Shown here in pieces: positions 1 to 10,152 of a stretch of DNA of 64,000 bases; position 1 is the stretch's first letter, and the number at the start of each line of letters is the position of its first letter. The position numbers and the translations under genes were made by a program. Origin of the DNA: a virus; the IMG/VR virus record IMGVR_UViG_3300021079_000001, positions 47,401 to 111,400 of that record; one strand, 5' to 3'. The notes beneath the pieces were generated by a model. It was not told where the DNA came from, searched no databases, and worked only from the letters and a program-made list of their open reading frames with translations.

Positions 1-1
1 A

Positions 2-3000
2 GAAGAAGCAGGTACTACGGAAGAAGCTAAGAGAGGTGATATAGAAAAGTATAAAAAGCTAAAGGTAGAACTTACAGGACAAGGTAAAACTTTTGAGATA
101 GAAGTTATAGGGGATAAAAGACCATTTTTACTCACTGTAGATATAGGAACTGGAAGGTTTACTCTTTGGGGAGATAAACAACCTGACGGAACATATAGAA
201 CTACACAAGATCTCCCCTCTGCTGAGGATGTACAAAAACTTGTAGATAAGTATATACCAAAGGAGTTATCAGATGCCCTGACAAAATGGAGTCAGGAGAG
301 AAACTCTGGTTCTTTAGAAACAAGACTTGATAGAGCAGATGTAGCAGAACAAGAAGTACTGAAACTTACAAAAAAACCTATAACTACAAATAGCTATGTA
401 CCACCATCTGCACCATTTCCTGATGCTAATCTGAGGACTATACAACCAGGTGAAGTAGCTGTACAAGATGCTGCTAAGAAAGAACAACTTGGGCAATTCC
501 TAAAAAGAGCATTACCACAACTTACTCTTCAGGAAAGTGATGATATTATCAGATTAGCAGGTAGACCTGAAGCATGGGGAATGACTAAAGGTAACCTCAT
601 TACACTTTATAAAAGTGCTCCTGAAGTAGCAGGATATCATGAATCATTCCATCCGGTTATAGATCTTCTTGCTACAAACAGAGAGAAGAAGGATATGTAT
701 AATGAGTTTAGAAATAGGAAGGGTGGTTTCTATGATTTGGAAAGTAGTAAGATGATCAGATATAAAGATGCTACTGATTTCCAGATTAATGACCAACTAT
801 CTGAAGAGTTTGGAAAATTCAAAGTCACTGGGCAGTTGATGGATGTAGCACCTATGAAGAAGAATTTCTTCCAGAGGCTGTGGAATGCATTGAAAGCATT
901 ATTCCATACACCTACTACTATACATGATATATTCCAGGCAGTAGAAAAAGGAGAGTTTGCTACAAGAGAACTTAGAGAATATAAAGGGACAGAAAACTTA
1001 TCAGCTATCAGGAGTCTGCAGGAGAAGGGTATATCAATGCAGACTATTAATACTACAGTAAGAGGTGTAGTGGGAATGGTAGGTGCCAGACTTAGGACAG
1101 AACCGGGTATATGGCAAAAGCTAAGGAAGGGTGAAATGACTGAAGATGATCTACTTAATCCTATAAAGGAAGAGCTTATCCGTACCAATTGGCATGATGT
1201 AGTTACTAACTGGGAAGATTTCCGTAAAGAGATCATAACTGTACTACATGCTAATGGTCTAAAATCAACTAAGGGTAAATTAGTAAAGGATGGTATCAAA
1301 AGCTCTGAAGATATTAAAGAGACGAGAGGGGAAGATGCTAACAACAAAGATTATGCTGTAGATAAATTAATGCTGGATTCTAAAGTTAATGCTGCAGCCG
1401 AAATAAGAGCGTTATACAATTTTAATATACACGCACAGTTTCCTCAAGATAGAAGGCATTCAAAGAGTAATAAACCATTACAGGAATATAATCCTGATAT
1501 GGAGTTACCACCAGCTATAAGAGAAACTAATGGTATGCCAAAAATGGTAGGAGATAATAAAGACTGGTATCTCACCATGTCAGCATTAGCTAATACTACA
1601 GGTCTGGAGAATATTAAAAAGAAGTTCAGAGAATTAGCTGCACAGAACCCTAATTTGGTACGTATATACAAAGCTGTATTCGGAGAAGAAGGGGCTCAGA
1701 TGACCATTGATCAGATCAAGTTGCAGAACTTATTTATAAAGACATTCAACAAGCAGAATATCAATGATATGATGACTGTTATTGAAGAGAATGGGAATGT
1801 CTTTGGTAATAATATTAATAAAAATGCTGCTGCTAGACAGAAAATAGGAGAGTTCTTATCTAATATCAGGGGAATGTACAATCCTGCCAAACCAAGTGAA
1901 AGTATTGTAGCAATAGATCGGTATGGTAATTACACTTTCAAAAAAGGCAGTGAACCTAAGTTATCTATAACTACTAATGCAGCACAAAATGAACGTAATG
2001 CTCTGCAGTTTCTAAAGAATATAGGATTTGAATTTCCTGAAAGTATATTCAAACGGTTAAAGAACCAGTCAGATAAAGAGAAAGTAGTAGGAGTTGCCAG
2101 TAAGATAGCAGGATTACTTCCTAAAATCTCCACTAAAGGCGGTGTATTCACTATGGAGTCTATGGATATACAAGGTCCTATTAATGAACTAGCCCGATTA
2201 TATGTAAAAGCTGCAGGTGATGATAAGTCTACTAACTACAGTAACATTAACAGTGAGTCTCAAAGTGCTTATACGGATTACAATAAAATAGCTGAAGTAG
2301 CTATTACTATTAACCAAGTTGGACATTGGGATCAATTACCTGATCACTACAAGACTGACCCATGGTGTCAAGAGTCTCAGTTAATGTCTAAAGGTGGTTT
2401 ATTGTTTCATGAAGATGGTAAGAAAAGAGATAATATGGATATTGTCCCTACTATTACCAGTGGCTTAAAAGTGGGTAACCGGGTAGTGACCAATGACCGG
2501 ATGAATATGGGTACACGTTTAGTACAAGGTATCAATATGAATGCTGAAGGTGTATTCTACAATATACTAAATGCAGATGCTAAAACTGAGTGGGGTCTAA
2601 ATATAGGTAATGGTAAGATGTATATATCTCCATCTACATATAGGATAAAGGCCGATAGAAATAAAAAAGTTAGCAAAATATTCAATGGTTACTTAAAAGC
2701 AGAGATAGAGACTATTAAAGATTTTGATAACCGTAGTCAATTCTCACAACTGAATAAGAAAGTAGGAGATACTGTTATAGGTAAACAGTTACGGTTCTTT
2801 AAGGATATGCTCCCTGAAGATATGGTCAAGAAGATAGAAGACTATGCTAACAGTGATAGTCCTATATCTACTTCCCAATTTGTAGAGTCTTTACCTGGTC
2901 TACAGGATGCTATAGAAGCACATATAGAAAAGCTGGTAAAATCCCAAAAAGAAGAACTGATAAAAGAAGGTGTTATAACTAACCACGAAAGTGGTATGTA

Positions 3001-6000
3001 TAACTTCTATGGGCTATCTTCAGATCATGTAGATAAAGAACTGCAGCTAGGTAAGAAACAAACAGAGGATGGTGTTACTGAAAGATTGTATAGTTCTGAA
3101 AACATTGATGATATCATTAGATTCAGAACACTTAACTACATGATTCATAATACTGAATTATTTAAAATGGTAGGAGGAGATCCTGGTATATGGACAGATA
3201 TAGCTAAAAGGTTTAAGTTATTCCAATCTGTTAAAGAGTTTACAGCTAATGGTACTAATACCGGCAGTTTAAGAGGAGTACAGGCAGACCATTACAACAA
3301 GGTGGGTGAACATCAGTTATTACCCGGACAAGCTGGATACACAGACTTTTCTGATACTTTGTATATACTTACTTATGCTGATGAGAAGAACATGCAGTCC
3401 TACAACCATGAACAACTTAATAAAGTTGCCGGTAGTGAGGAATACTCTAGCATGATTATCAACGATGGTCAATCTTATTTATCTCCTACAGCATATAGAC
3501 AACAGGGTATACGTAATGGTACATGGGATAATATTCCAGGGCAAGAAGATGCCTATCAGTATGATATGGCCAAATTCAGGCAAGATGCTGATAAAAGGTA
3601 TAAAGCAGGAGAAAGTAAGTTTGAAGGATTTCAATATACAGATGATGCTGCAGGTAAGTCATTGAGAACTGCAGATGAAAAATTAGTACAGAAAGGTGAC
3701 CCCGATATATATGGTTCTACATATATCAAGAAACCTATGGCTATAGGCAACTACGCATTAACTGATAGATTAACACCATACGCCATTAAGACCTCTTCAT
3801 TGGGACTTACCTGGGGTCTTGTAGAAGGTAAAATGCTAGAAGATAAATTCCTTTATATGTTAAAGGAAAATATAGGACATATGGGTTCTATTTCACAGTT
3901 GAAAATAGGTGGTCTTGTAGATCCACCTAGCCTATATAACAAGGAAGGTAAGTTTGGATTAACAGAGATGGATGCAAAGGCCCACAGGATGCCAATATCA
4001 TGGAGTGACTGGGGTATTATATCTGAAACAGCTGGTGAACACCATGAAGTAAGTATGGTAAGTCAAGCTAATAAACTGATTACACAGACATTATTCAGCA
4101 ATTCTACACCAGTCACTTTTAAAGGTACACCTGAAGATTGGTCAAGATTACCTGAAAATAAAAAACTAGAGAATGAACAATATCGTCAATATAAAGAGAT
4201 TAATAGTTCATTAAGTGCTTTATCTAAGAAAGGTGAAGAGGAGATAATGCATATAGCCGGACTAGTACAAGTAGCTGGAGGTTATAAGGTAGAACAACTG
4301 GGTAATATTGTTACATATATATCAGGTGAAGTAGCCAGAAGAGAACAAGCTGCTAATATTAAAGACGGGTTAGATGTAGAATATGATGAGAATACCGAGA
4401 CTGAAAAACTATTGAATCCTATAGAGTCATTGCCCAACTTCTCTCAGGTAAAGAATATTATCAATTCTCTAATAGATAAAAAGATAACCAGAAGAAAAGT
4501 TAATGGTGGCCAGAAAATAATAGTATCTGTAGTAGGATTTGAAAATAACGAAGATGGTATACGTAGAGATAAAGATACAGGTAAACTTATAGCAGACAGA
4601 TTAACATTCCATGAGTTAGTAGAAAATGGTAAAAAGGTTACCAGGATGCAGGTATTTATGCCAAACTTTATGAAGGCTAAGTTAGAAAAGAACTGGGCTG
4701 AAAAAGGTATAACACCACCATCTAAGAAGGCATTATTTAAATATCTGAGTTCTAAAGAAGGTAATGAATTATTAGTAGGTCTCGGTTTTCGTATACCTGT
4801 AGAAGGATTGAACTTCATGTCATCTTTTGAAATAGTTCCATTCCGAGAAGAAAATATTATTAAAGGTATAGAAGGTGAAATGTTTATGCCTTCTTCATAC
4901 GGAGATGCTATAGTAGTACCTGCAGAAATGTCTACTAAGGATAGCTCTGACTTTGACGTGGATAAGATATCTACATATCTACCTAATTTTTATACAGATG
5001 AAAAAGGATTGCCACGAATGTTCAAGTTTATTGATTATGATATTGCAGGTGATCATGATAAAGAACTTACAGCAATATGGGAACAGAAAAAACAGCTGTT
5101 GCCTGATAATATAGAAGATGCTGATGACTTATTTGAACAAGTATCAGAAGGTGTATCCGGTAAGACTATCCGTGAGTTATCAAGAATGGAAAAAGAGTTA
5201 GCTAAAAAGATAAAAGCTCTTGACCAATCATTAGAAGATTTCTTAAAGGAAAATAGAGGTAAATCTCCATATGATGTTAATAGCAAAGAAGCTATAGAAA
5301 ACAAGTTACAAATGGATATGGATGGTGTTCTTAGGCATCCTGATAACTTTGATCAGCTGGTGCATGTGAACAGTGCAGAACAAATGAAGAAGGCTACTAA
5401 AGATATCCAGAAGCTGAAAGAGAGTCAATTGCCTGATGACAAAAAGACACAATCCAGGGATAAGGATGATATCAATTATTCTGAAGTACTAGATCCTGTA
5501 TATGTATCACAACAACGTCAGGATATGTTGGATAGTAAGTATAGGATAGGTATAGGTGCACAGAATAATACTGGTCACTCTTTAGCTCAAAGTGCCAAGT
5601 ATCCTATAGTAGTAAGAGGTACTAAGTTAACAGAAAAAGATGCCGAATTAATACCAGTAGGTGCAGATGGTAAATTAGACTGGCAAATACATCTTCCCCA
5701 TAATGATGCTACTAAATTATGGTATGATAGAAACAGTAATACATGGAAAGATGCTGTAGCTACCTTATCTGGTAATAAAGTTAACAATCAATATATAGCA
5801 GAGTTACTTGCACAGTATATAGATGGTGCTGTTGATGGTCCTAAAGATCCATGGTTAATGAAAGTCTTCCCTTCACAAGATGCATTATCTACAGCAGTAT
5901 TTCTTACTCGTACAGGTGTACCTATTAATGATGTAGTATTGCTGATACACCAACCTGCAGTTCTTAAACTAATAGAAGAGCGTAATAAATACCAGACTCG

Positions 6001-8104
6001 TAGAAACCTTGATCCTAATGCCAGAGTACCTAGAAAAGAGGTAGTGAATAATGTAAGGAGTTTATATCCAGGTAATTGGATGCCTGTATCTGGTAACTTA
6101 GATAGGAATATCATGAAAGAGCAAGTGGCTCTGAGTGGTGCTAATAAAAAAGTTGATAATGCTTTCCAACAACAAGTGTTGACAGAATACTTAAAGTATG
6201 AGATGTATGCCAACCATGCTTTTAGAACACAAATAGGAACACCATATGATCTTATAAGTTCTCCAGATGCAGCTACTATGTATGCACAAAATAGAGCGTA
6301 TGAAAACTCTTTACAAAACAATGTAATATCCTCACCTATTAATATAGTAGAAGATAGTTTTCTAGCTGCTAGAAAGAAAAGTCTTAATGAAGCAGTAAAA
6401 ATGATAGGTGCTGTTATGGAAAGTTCTTCAGAAGCATTTATAAAACAAATTGAACCAATATGGAAAGCTCTTACTCATCCTGATGTAATAATGAAAAATG
6501 ATGACAGGATTGCATCTATGAATAAAGCCATTGTAAAATTCGTAGATTTTTTATCAAGTAGGTACCACATGCCTACAGGTATACCGATTGCTGATGGTAT
6601 AAAACAACTCATGATGAGTAATGCTATACCCAAGTTATTGAAAGAGGCACAGCTAAAACATCCTGATAATAAAGCTATACAAGCACTTAGTGTAGATATA
6701 CCTATATTCTCCAGGGACATGAAGAATGTGGTTATGTTCAAAAAACCAAAAGGTGCTGATGCTGATATGCTTACACAATACTTCAGAGAGTTTAGAGATT
6801 TTGGTCCTGAAGAGAAAAAGTTGTACGATAACCTTGTAATACTGGATAGACTACAATATGGTGCTACTGATAGGTTGAAAGCGTATGGCAAGTTCATACC
6901 TGCTGAAGATGCAGTTATTGCTCCTAAAGCTGGAATGAAAATGCTCAATGACATACCTTCAGCTGTACAGACATTTATAGAGACTAACCAATTCTATAAG
7001 AACGGTTGGAATGATGAAGAACTTGTACCATCTGTTAAGAAGTTTAATAGAAGTAAGAATATAGAAGGGTTAAAAAACAGAGTAGTTACACTAAAGAAAG
7101 GGAGTTGGGGTTCTACATCAGCGGCAGTTAAGATATGGGAATATATCAATCCGGATACAGGTAGGAAATACACAGATAGAGAAGTTGAAGAACTAGCACT
7201 AAAAGGGTTTAAACCTAAAACTGTACCTGAATTATACCGTAGAATAGAAAATAGTGAAGGAGAGCCTGTGATAATTAAAGATGCTAAAGGTGTAGAGTAC
7301 TACTCCTATAAACAGATTAATGCACTAGGAGATGGGCCTAACTTACAGGAATATTATGAAGATAATAGACCATCTGTACGTGATATGCATTTTAAAATAG
7401 AAGAAGAGGATAATAATAAAGTAAGATCAGCATTAGAAAAAGATGGATGGCAGATGGAAGAACCTGTAAAGAAAGAAGTGTTAGATGCTATGAAATCTCA
7501 ACAACCTGTAGTACCTTCACAGCGTATAACTAGTAGTAGAGTGAAACCTAACGAAAAGGGTGAGTATAATATATATGCAGGTACTGGAGAGAATGTAACA
7601 CTCTCTAATATGACTAATAGACCATTCACTATAGGAGGGTCTGAGTACAAGTCGGTTGAACAGTACTTCCAACTACAAAAGTATCAGATAGCTGGAGTAA
7701 TAGAACCTATAAGTGAGCAATACTCAGCACAAGTATACAAGAAGATAGGAGAGATGGCAGATGCTATAGATAAACCGAATATATCAGGATATGAAGCTAA
7801 GAAGCTAGGAGGCATTAGAATACCCAACAGTAAGTTCGATGAAGTATTCTGGGATAAGGAGGGTAAACAAGCTATGAAGACAGCTATGAAAGAGTCATTC
7901 AAGCAGAATCCAGAGTCACTCAGAGATCTACTGGCTACCGGGGATGCTAAGTTGACTCATACACAGGATAAAGGGAAATGGGGTGCTGAATTCCCTAGAC
8001 TACTGACCGAAGTACGTGATGAACTACGTAAGACAGAGAAACTACTAGAACCTTCGAACCTGAAGGAACAGAATAAAGCAGATGAATGGAAACCTAAGTG
8101 CTAA
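2..8104 (+). CDS. Virion RNA polymerase (crAss/phi14:2 gp66-like) with N-terminal zincin motif and C-terminal NADAR domain; 5'-truncated by window edge
   Basis: Frame +2 is open from base 2 into the 2507-aa ORF. RIP motif near 4789 and catalytic DFDVD at 4949-4963. YHESFH (HExxH) near 640. YbiA/NADAR-like C-terminus (LSN..SVEQYFQ..K..AKKLG..LLATGD..WG..L.EVR) at about 7570-8035. Confidence 0.88.
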   Translation, partial: EEAGTTEEAKRGDIEKYKKLKVELTGQGKTFEIEVIGDKRPFLLTVDIGTGRFTLWGDKQPDGTYRTTQDLPSAEDVQKLVDKYIPKELSDALTKWSQERNSGSLETRLDRADVAEQEVLKLTKKPITTNSYVPPSAPFPDANLRTIQPGEVAVQDAAKKEQLGQFLKRALPQLTLQESDDIIRLAGRPEAWGMTKGNLITLYKSAPEVAGYHESFHPVIDLLATNREKKDMYNEFRNRKGGFYDLESSKMIRYKDATDFQINDQLSEEFGKFKVTGQLMDVAPMKKNFFQRLWNALKALFHTPTTIHDIFQAVEKGEFATRELREYKGTENLSAIRSLQEKGISMQTINTTVRGVVGMVGARLRTEPGIWQKLRKGEMTEDDLLNPIKEELIRTNWHDVVTNWEDFRKEIITVLHANGLKSTKGKLVKDGIKSSEDIKETRGEDANNKDYAVDKLMLDSKVNAAAEIRALYNFNIHAQFPQDRRHSKSNKPLQEYNPDMELPPAIRETNGMPKMVGDNKDWYLTMSALANTTGLENIKKKFRELAAQNPNLVRIYKAVFGEEGAQMTIDQIKLQNLFIKTFNKQNINDMMTVIEENGNVFGNNINKNAAARQKIGEFLSNIRGMYNPAKPSESIVAIDRYGNYTFKKGSEPKLSITTNAAQNERNALQFLKNIGFEFPESIFKRLKNQSDKEKVVGVASKIAGLLPKISTKGGVFTMESMDIQGPINELARLYVKAAGDDKSTNYSNINSESQSAYTDYNKIAEVAITINQVGHWDQLPDHYKTDPWCQESQLMSKGGLLFHEDGKKRDNMDIVPTITSGLKVGNRVVTNDRMNMGTRLVQGINMNAEGVFYNILNADAKTEWGLNIGNGKMYISPSTYRIKADRNKKVSKIFNGYLKAEIETIKDFDNRSQFSQLNKKVGDTVIGKQLRFFKDMLPEDMVKKIEDYANSDSPISTSQFVESLPGLQDAIEAHIEKLVKSQKEELIKEGVITNHESGMYNFYGLSSDHVDKELQLGKKQTEDGVTERLYSSENIDDIIRFRTLNYMIHNTELFKMVGGDPGIWTDIAKRFKLFQSVKEFTANGTNTGSLRGVQADHYNKVGEHQLLPGQAGYTDFSDTLYILTYADEKNMQSYNHEQLNKVAGSEEYSSMIINDGQSYLSPTAYRQQGIRNGTWDNIPGQEDAYQYDMAKFRQDADKRYKAGESKFEGFQYTDDAAGKSLRTADEKLVQKGDPDIYGSTYIKKPMAIGNYALTDRLTPYAIKTSSLGLTWGLVEGKMLEDKFLYMLKENIGHMGSISQLKIGGLVDPPSLYNKEGKFGLTEMDAKAHRMPISWSDWGIISETAGEHHEVSMVSQANKLITQTLFSNSTPVTFKGTPEDWSRLPENKKLENEQYRQYKEINSSLSALSKKGEEEIMHIAGLVQVAGGYKVEQLGNIVTYISGEVARREQAANIKDGLDVEYDENTETEKLLNPIESLPNFSQVKNIINSLIDKKITRRKVNGGQKIIVSVVGFENNEDGIRRDKDTGKLIADRLTFHELVENGKKVTRMQVFMPNFMKAKLEKNWAEKGITPPSKKALFKYLSSKEGNELLVGLGFRIPVEGLNFMSSFEIVPFREENIIKGIEGEMFMPSSYGDAIVVPAEMSTKDSSDFDVDKISTYLPNFYTDEKGLPRMFKFIDYDIAGDHDKELTAIWEQKKQLLPDNIEDADDLFEQVSEGVSGKTIRELSRMEKELAKKIKALDQSLEDFLKENRGKSPYDVNSKEAIENKLQMDMDGVLRHPDNFDQLVHVNSAEQMKKATKDIQKLKESQLPDDKKTQSRDKDDINYSEVLDPVYVSQQRQDMLDSKYRIGIGAQNNTGHSLAQSAKYPIVVRGTKLTEKDAELIPVGADGKLDWQIHLPHNDATKLWYDRNSNTWKDAVATLSGNKVNNQYIAELLAQYIDGAVDGPKDPWLMKVFPSQDALSTAVFLTRTGVPINDVVLLIHQPAVLKLIEERNKYQTRRNLDPNARVPRKEVVNNVRSLYPGNWMPVSGNLDRNIMKEQVALSGANKKVDNAFQQQVLTEYLKYEMYANHAFRTQIGTPYDLISSPDAATMYAQNRAYENSLQNNVISSPINIVEDSFLAARKKSLNEAVKMIGAVMESSSEAFIKQIEPIWKALTHPDVIMKNDDRIASMNKAIVKFVDFLSSRYHMPTGIPIADGIKQLMMSNAIPKLLKEAQLKHPDNKAIQALSVDIPIFSRDMKNVVMFKKPKGADADMLTQYFREFRDFGPEEKKLYDNLVILDRLQYGATDRLKAYGKFIPAEDAVIAPKAGMKMLNDIPSAVQTFIETNQFYKNGWNDEELVPSVKKFNRSKNIEGLKNRVVTLKKGSWGSTSAAVKIWEYINPDTGRKYTDREVEELALKGFKPKTVPELYRRIENSEGEPVIIKDAKGVEYYSYKQINALGDGPNLQEYYEDNRPSVRDMHFKIEEEDNNKVRSALEKDGWQMEEPVKKEVLDAMKSQQPVVPSQRITSSRVKPNEKGEYNIYAGTGENVTLSNMTNRPFTIGGSEYKSVEQYFQLQKYQIAGVIEPISEQYSAQVYKKIGEMADAIDKPNISGYEAKKLGGIRIPNSKFDEVFWDKEGKQAMKTAMKESFKQNPESLRDLLATGDAKLTHTQDKGKWGAEFPRLLTEVRDELRKTEKLLEPSNLKEQNKADEWKPKC

Positions 8105-8107
8105 TAT

Positions 8108-8497
8108 ATGGACGGTACTAAGAACATACGAATAGAGTTCCTCGAACCCCATCAAATGAGGTATATTACCGTTGGTGACTATTTCGAAACTGATACTGAA
8201 ATCGTATTTCAGATAGTGAAACAGAATGACCCCCGTAAGAATCTACTAATAGCACTACATGAGTATATTGAGTACACACTATGCACTGATCGGGATATAA
8301 CAGAGCAGGAGATCATGGAATTTGATCTGCAATGGGAAAAGAATCACCCAACAGGGTTAGATGACGGTATAGAGCCCGGAGATGACCCCAAGGCACCATA
8401 TCGAAATGAGCACAGAATAGCAGAGAATTTCGAGAGACAACTGGCAGAGTACCTTGGAATAATATGGAAGGAATATGAAGACAACTTAATATACTAA
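8108..8497 (+). CDS. Small zincin-like protein (HExxE)
   Basis: LIALHEYIE plus downstream APYRNEH; tightly coupled to the ATP-grasp gene. Confidence 0.5.
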   Translation: MDGTKNIRIEFLEPHQMRYITVGDYFETDTEIVFQIVKQNDPRKNLLIALHEYIEYTLCTDRDITEQEIMEFDLQWEKNHPTGLDDGIEPGDDPKAPYRNEHRIAENFERQLAEYLGIIWKEYEDNLIY

Positions 8498-8498
8498 T

Positions 8499-9785
8499 AT
8501 GGCTAATCTCAAAGACAAAACACTGTTATATGTCTGTTCGGGTGGATTTTTTGAAACTGCTCTATCTTTGGCTGACTACTATAAGGAGGTACTATACTAT
8601 GTACAGTGGACATCAGGGTTCCCGGGTATGGATAAGTGCGTGGTAGGTAGTGAATATAAGAACGGCAAGGTACTGGATACATTCGATGGTAAACCACTAC
8701 GAAGAGTGTACGACATATATAGTCATCTGGAGGAAGTTGATATCATCATGTACTCTGATGTCTATGATGGTGAACAGGCAGAGTTCTTCAGGGGTCTGGG
8801 ATATCCTGTAGTATCAGCAGGTAAAGGAGCTGAACTGGAACTGGATAGGTGGAAGTGTAAGATGGAGTTCAAGGGAGCTGGAATGGATGTTAACCCTGCT
8901 AAGAGAGTAATAGGTATAGATGCACTCCGTGAAGAACTCATGAAGGTAAAGGACAGGTATGTAAAAATTTCCAGGTTCCGGAAACAGACTGAGACATTCC
9001 ACCATAATGAGTATATACTTACTGAACCATTGTTGAGCAAGATGGAGCACGAAATGGGTCCCATGAGTAAGATCATAGAGTTCATTATCGAAGAGCCTAT
9101 AGATGCTGTAGTAGAGGAAGGTTGTGATATGTACTCAGTCTCAGGTAAGTACCCTCAGATGCTACTAGCAGGTGTAGAGATCAAGGATACTGGATATGCT
9201 GGTATGATAATGCCCTATGATAAGTTATCCAAAGGAGTTAAAGAGACTAATGCACAGATATCTGGTATTCTCAAGAAGGTAAAGTATCAAGGATTCATCA
9301 GTACAGAAGTACGTACTACTAAGAGCAAGGAGCACTACCTTATAGATATGAGTTGCAGATTGCCTCAGCCACCTTCAGCACTGTATGGAGAGATGTTCGA
9401 TAACCTAGGTGATATAGTATGGGCACTAGGACAGAGAGAGGTCATAGATGTGAAACCAAAGGCTGTATACGGGTTATATTGTACTATATATAGTGAATGG
9501 TATCAAAAAGATCATCAGGCTATTTACTTTCCAGAAAAATACCGTAATAATGTTAAATTGTCTCAACCATTGAAAATAGACGGACAATACTATTGTCTAA
9601 ATTTCAATAACCATCCAGAATGTGGGTCAATAGTTACTGTAGGTGGTTCATTTGAGGATTGTAAGAAACAGATGGAAGAAATAGCCAAAGAAGTAAAAGG
9701 GTATGGGGTATCAGTGAAGACAGATAGTATAGATACTGCTATTGAGGAATTTGCTAAAATGATGAAAGGAAATGGCACTAAATAG
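8499..9785 (+). CDS. ATP-grasp ligase, distantly PurD-like
   Basis: AELELDRWKCK, YVKI, FIIEEPI, YLIDMSCRLPQPP segments follow the ATP-grasp/PurD pattern. Confidence 0.7.
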   Translation: MANLKDKTLLYVCSGGFFETALSLADYYKEVLYYVQWTSGFPGMDKCVVGSEYKNGKVLDTFDGKPLRRVYDIYSHLEEVDIIMYSDVYDGEQAEFFRGLGYPVVSAGKGAELELDRWKCKMEFKGAGMDVNPAKRVIGIDALREELMKVKDRYVKISRFRKQTETFHHNEYILTEPLLSKMEHEMGPMSKIIEFIIEEPIDAVVEEGCDMYSVSGKYPQMLLAGVEIKDTGYAGMIMPYDKLSKGVKETNAQISGILKKVKYQGFISTEVRTTKSKEHYLIDMSCRLPQPPSALYGEMFDNLGDIVWALGQREVIDVKPKAVYGLYCTIYSEWYQKDHQAIYFPEKYRNNVKLSQPLKIDGQYYCLNFNNHPECGSIVTVGGSFEDCKKQMEEIAKEVKGYGVSVKTDSIDTAIEEFAKMMKGNGTK

Positions 9786-10152
9786 TACTACAGTCAATGC
9801 GCAGATGTTCCAGAAACAACCTAAGAAGGAGGTTATGGGTCTACGTCAACTCTCCAGGGAATTGATGATGAGTGAGTATACTGTAGCTGAATATCCCGGG
9901 TTAGTGCTAAAGTTCCTACATGGAGGTATACTACAGGTAAAAGGAAAAGAAAGTACCCCACGTATATACCGGTATACCCTAGCCCATACTGAAGGGGTAT
10001 ACAGGATGACTACAGCCCCTCATCTGCTCAATGAACCCTGTACTATGGACATGAAGATAATGAAGAACCACATGACCCTCAGTAACACAGATGGTACAGA
10101 AATAATACATCTTAACAAAATTAAAATATGTGCATACGATAACTCAAAATAG
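9772..10152 (+). CDS. Hypothetical protein (target of adjacent homing endonuclease)
   Basis: Overlaps both neighbours; ends AYDNSK like the downstream endonuclease. Confidence 0.6.
   Translation: MALNSTTVNAQMFQKQPKKEVMGLRQLSRELMMSEYTVAEYPGLVLKFLHGGILQVKGKESTPRIYRYTLAHTEGVYRMTTAPHLLNEPCTMDMKIMKNHMTLSNTDGTEIIHLNKIKICAYDNSK

Noticed and set aside
8499-9785. purD annotation
   Set aside because: Only fold-level similarity; no purine-pathway context
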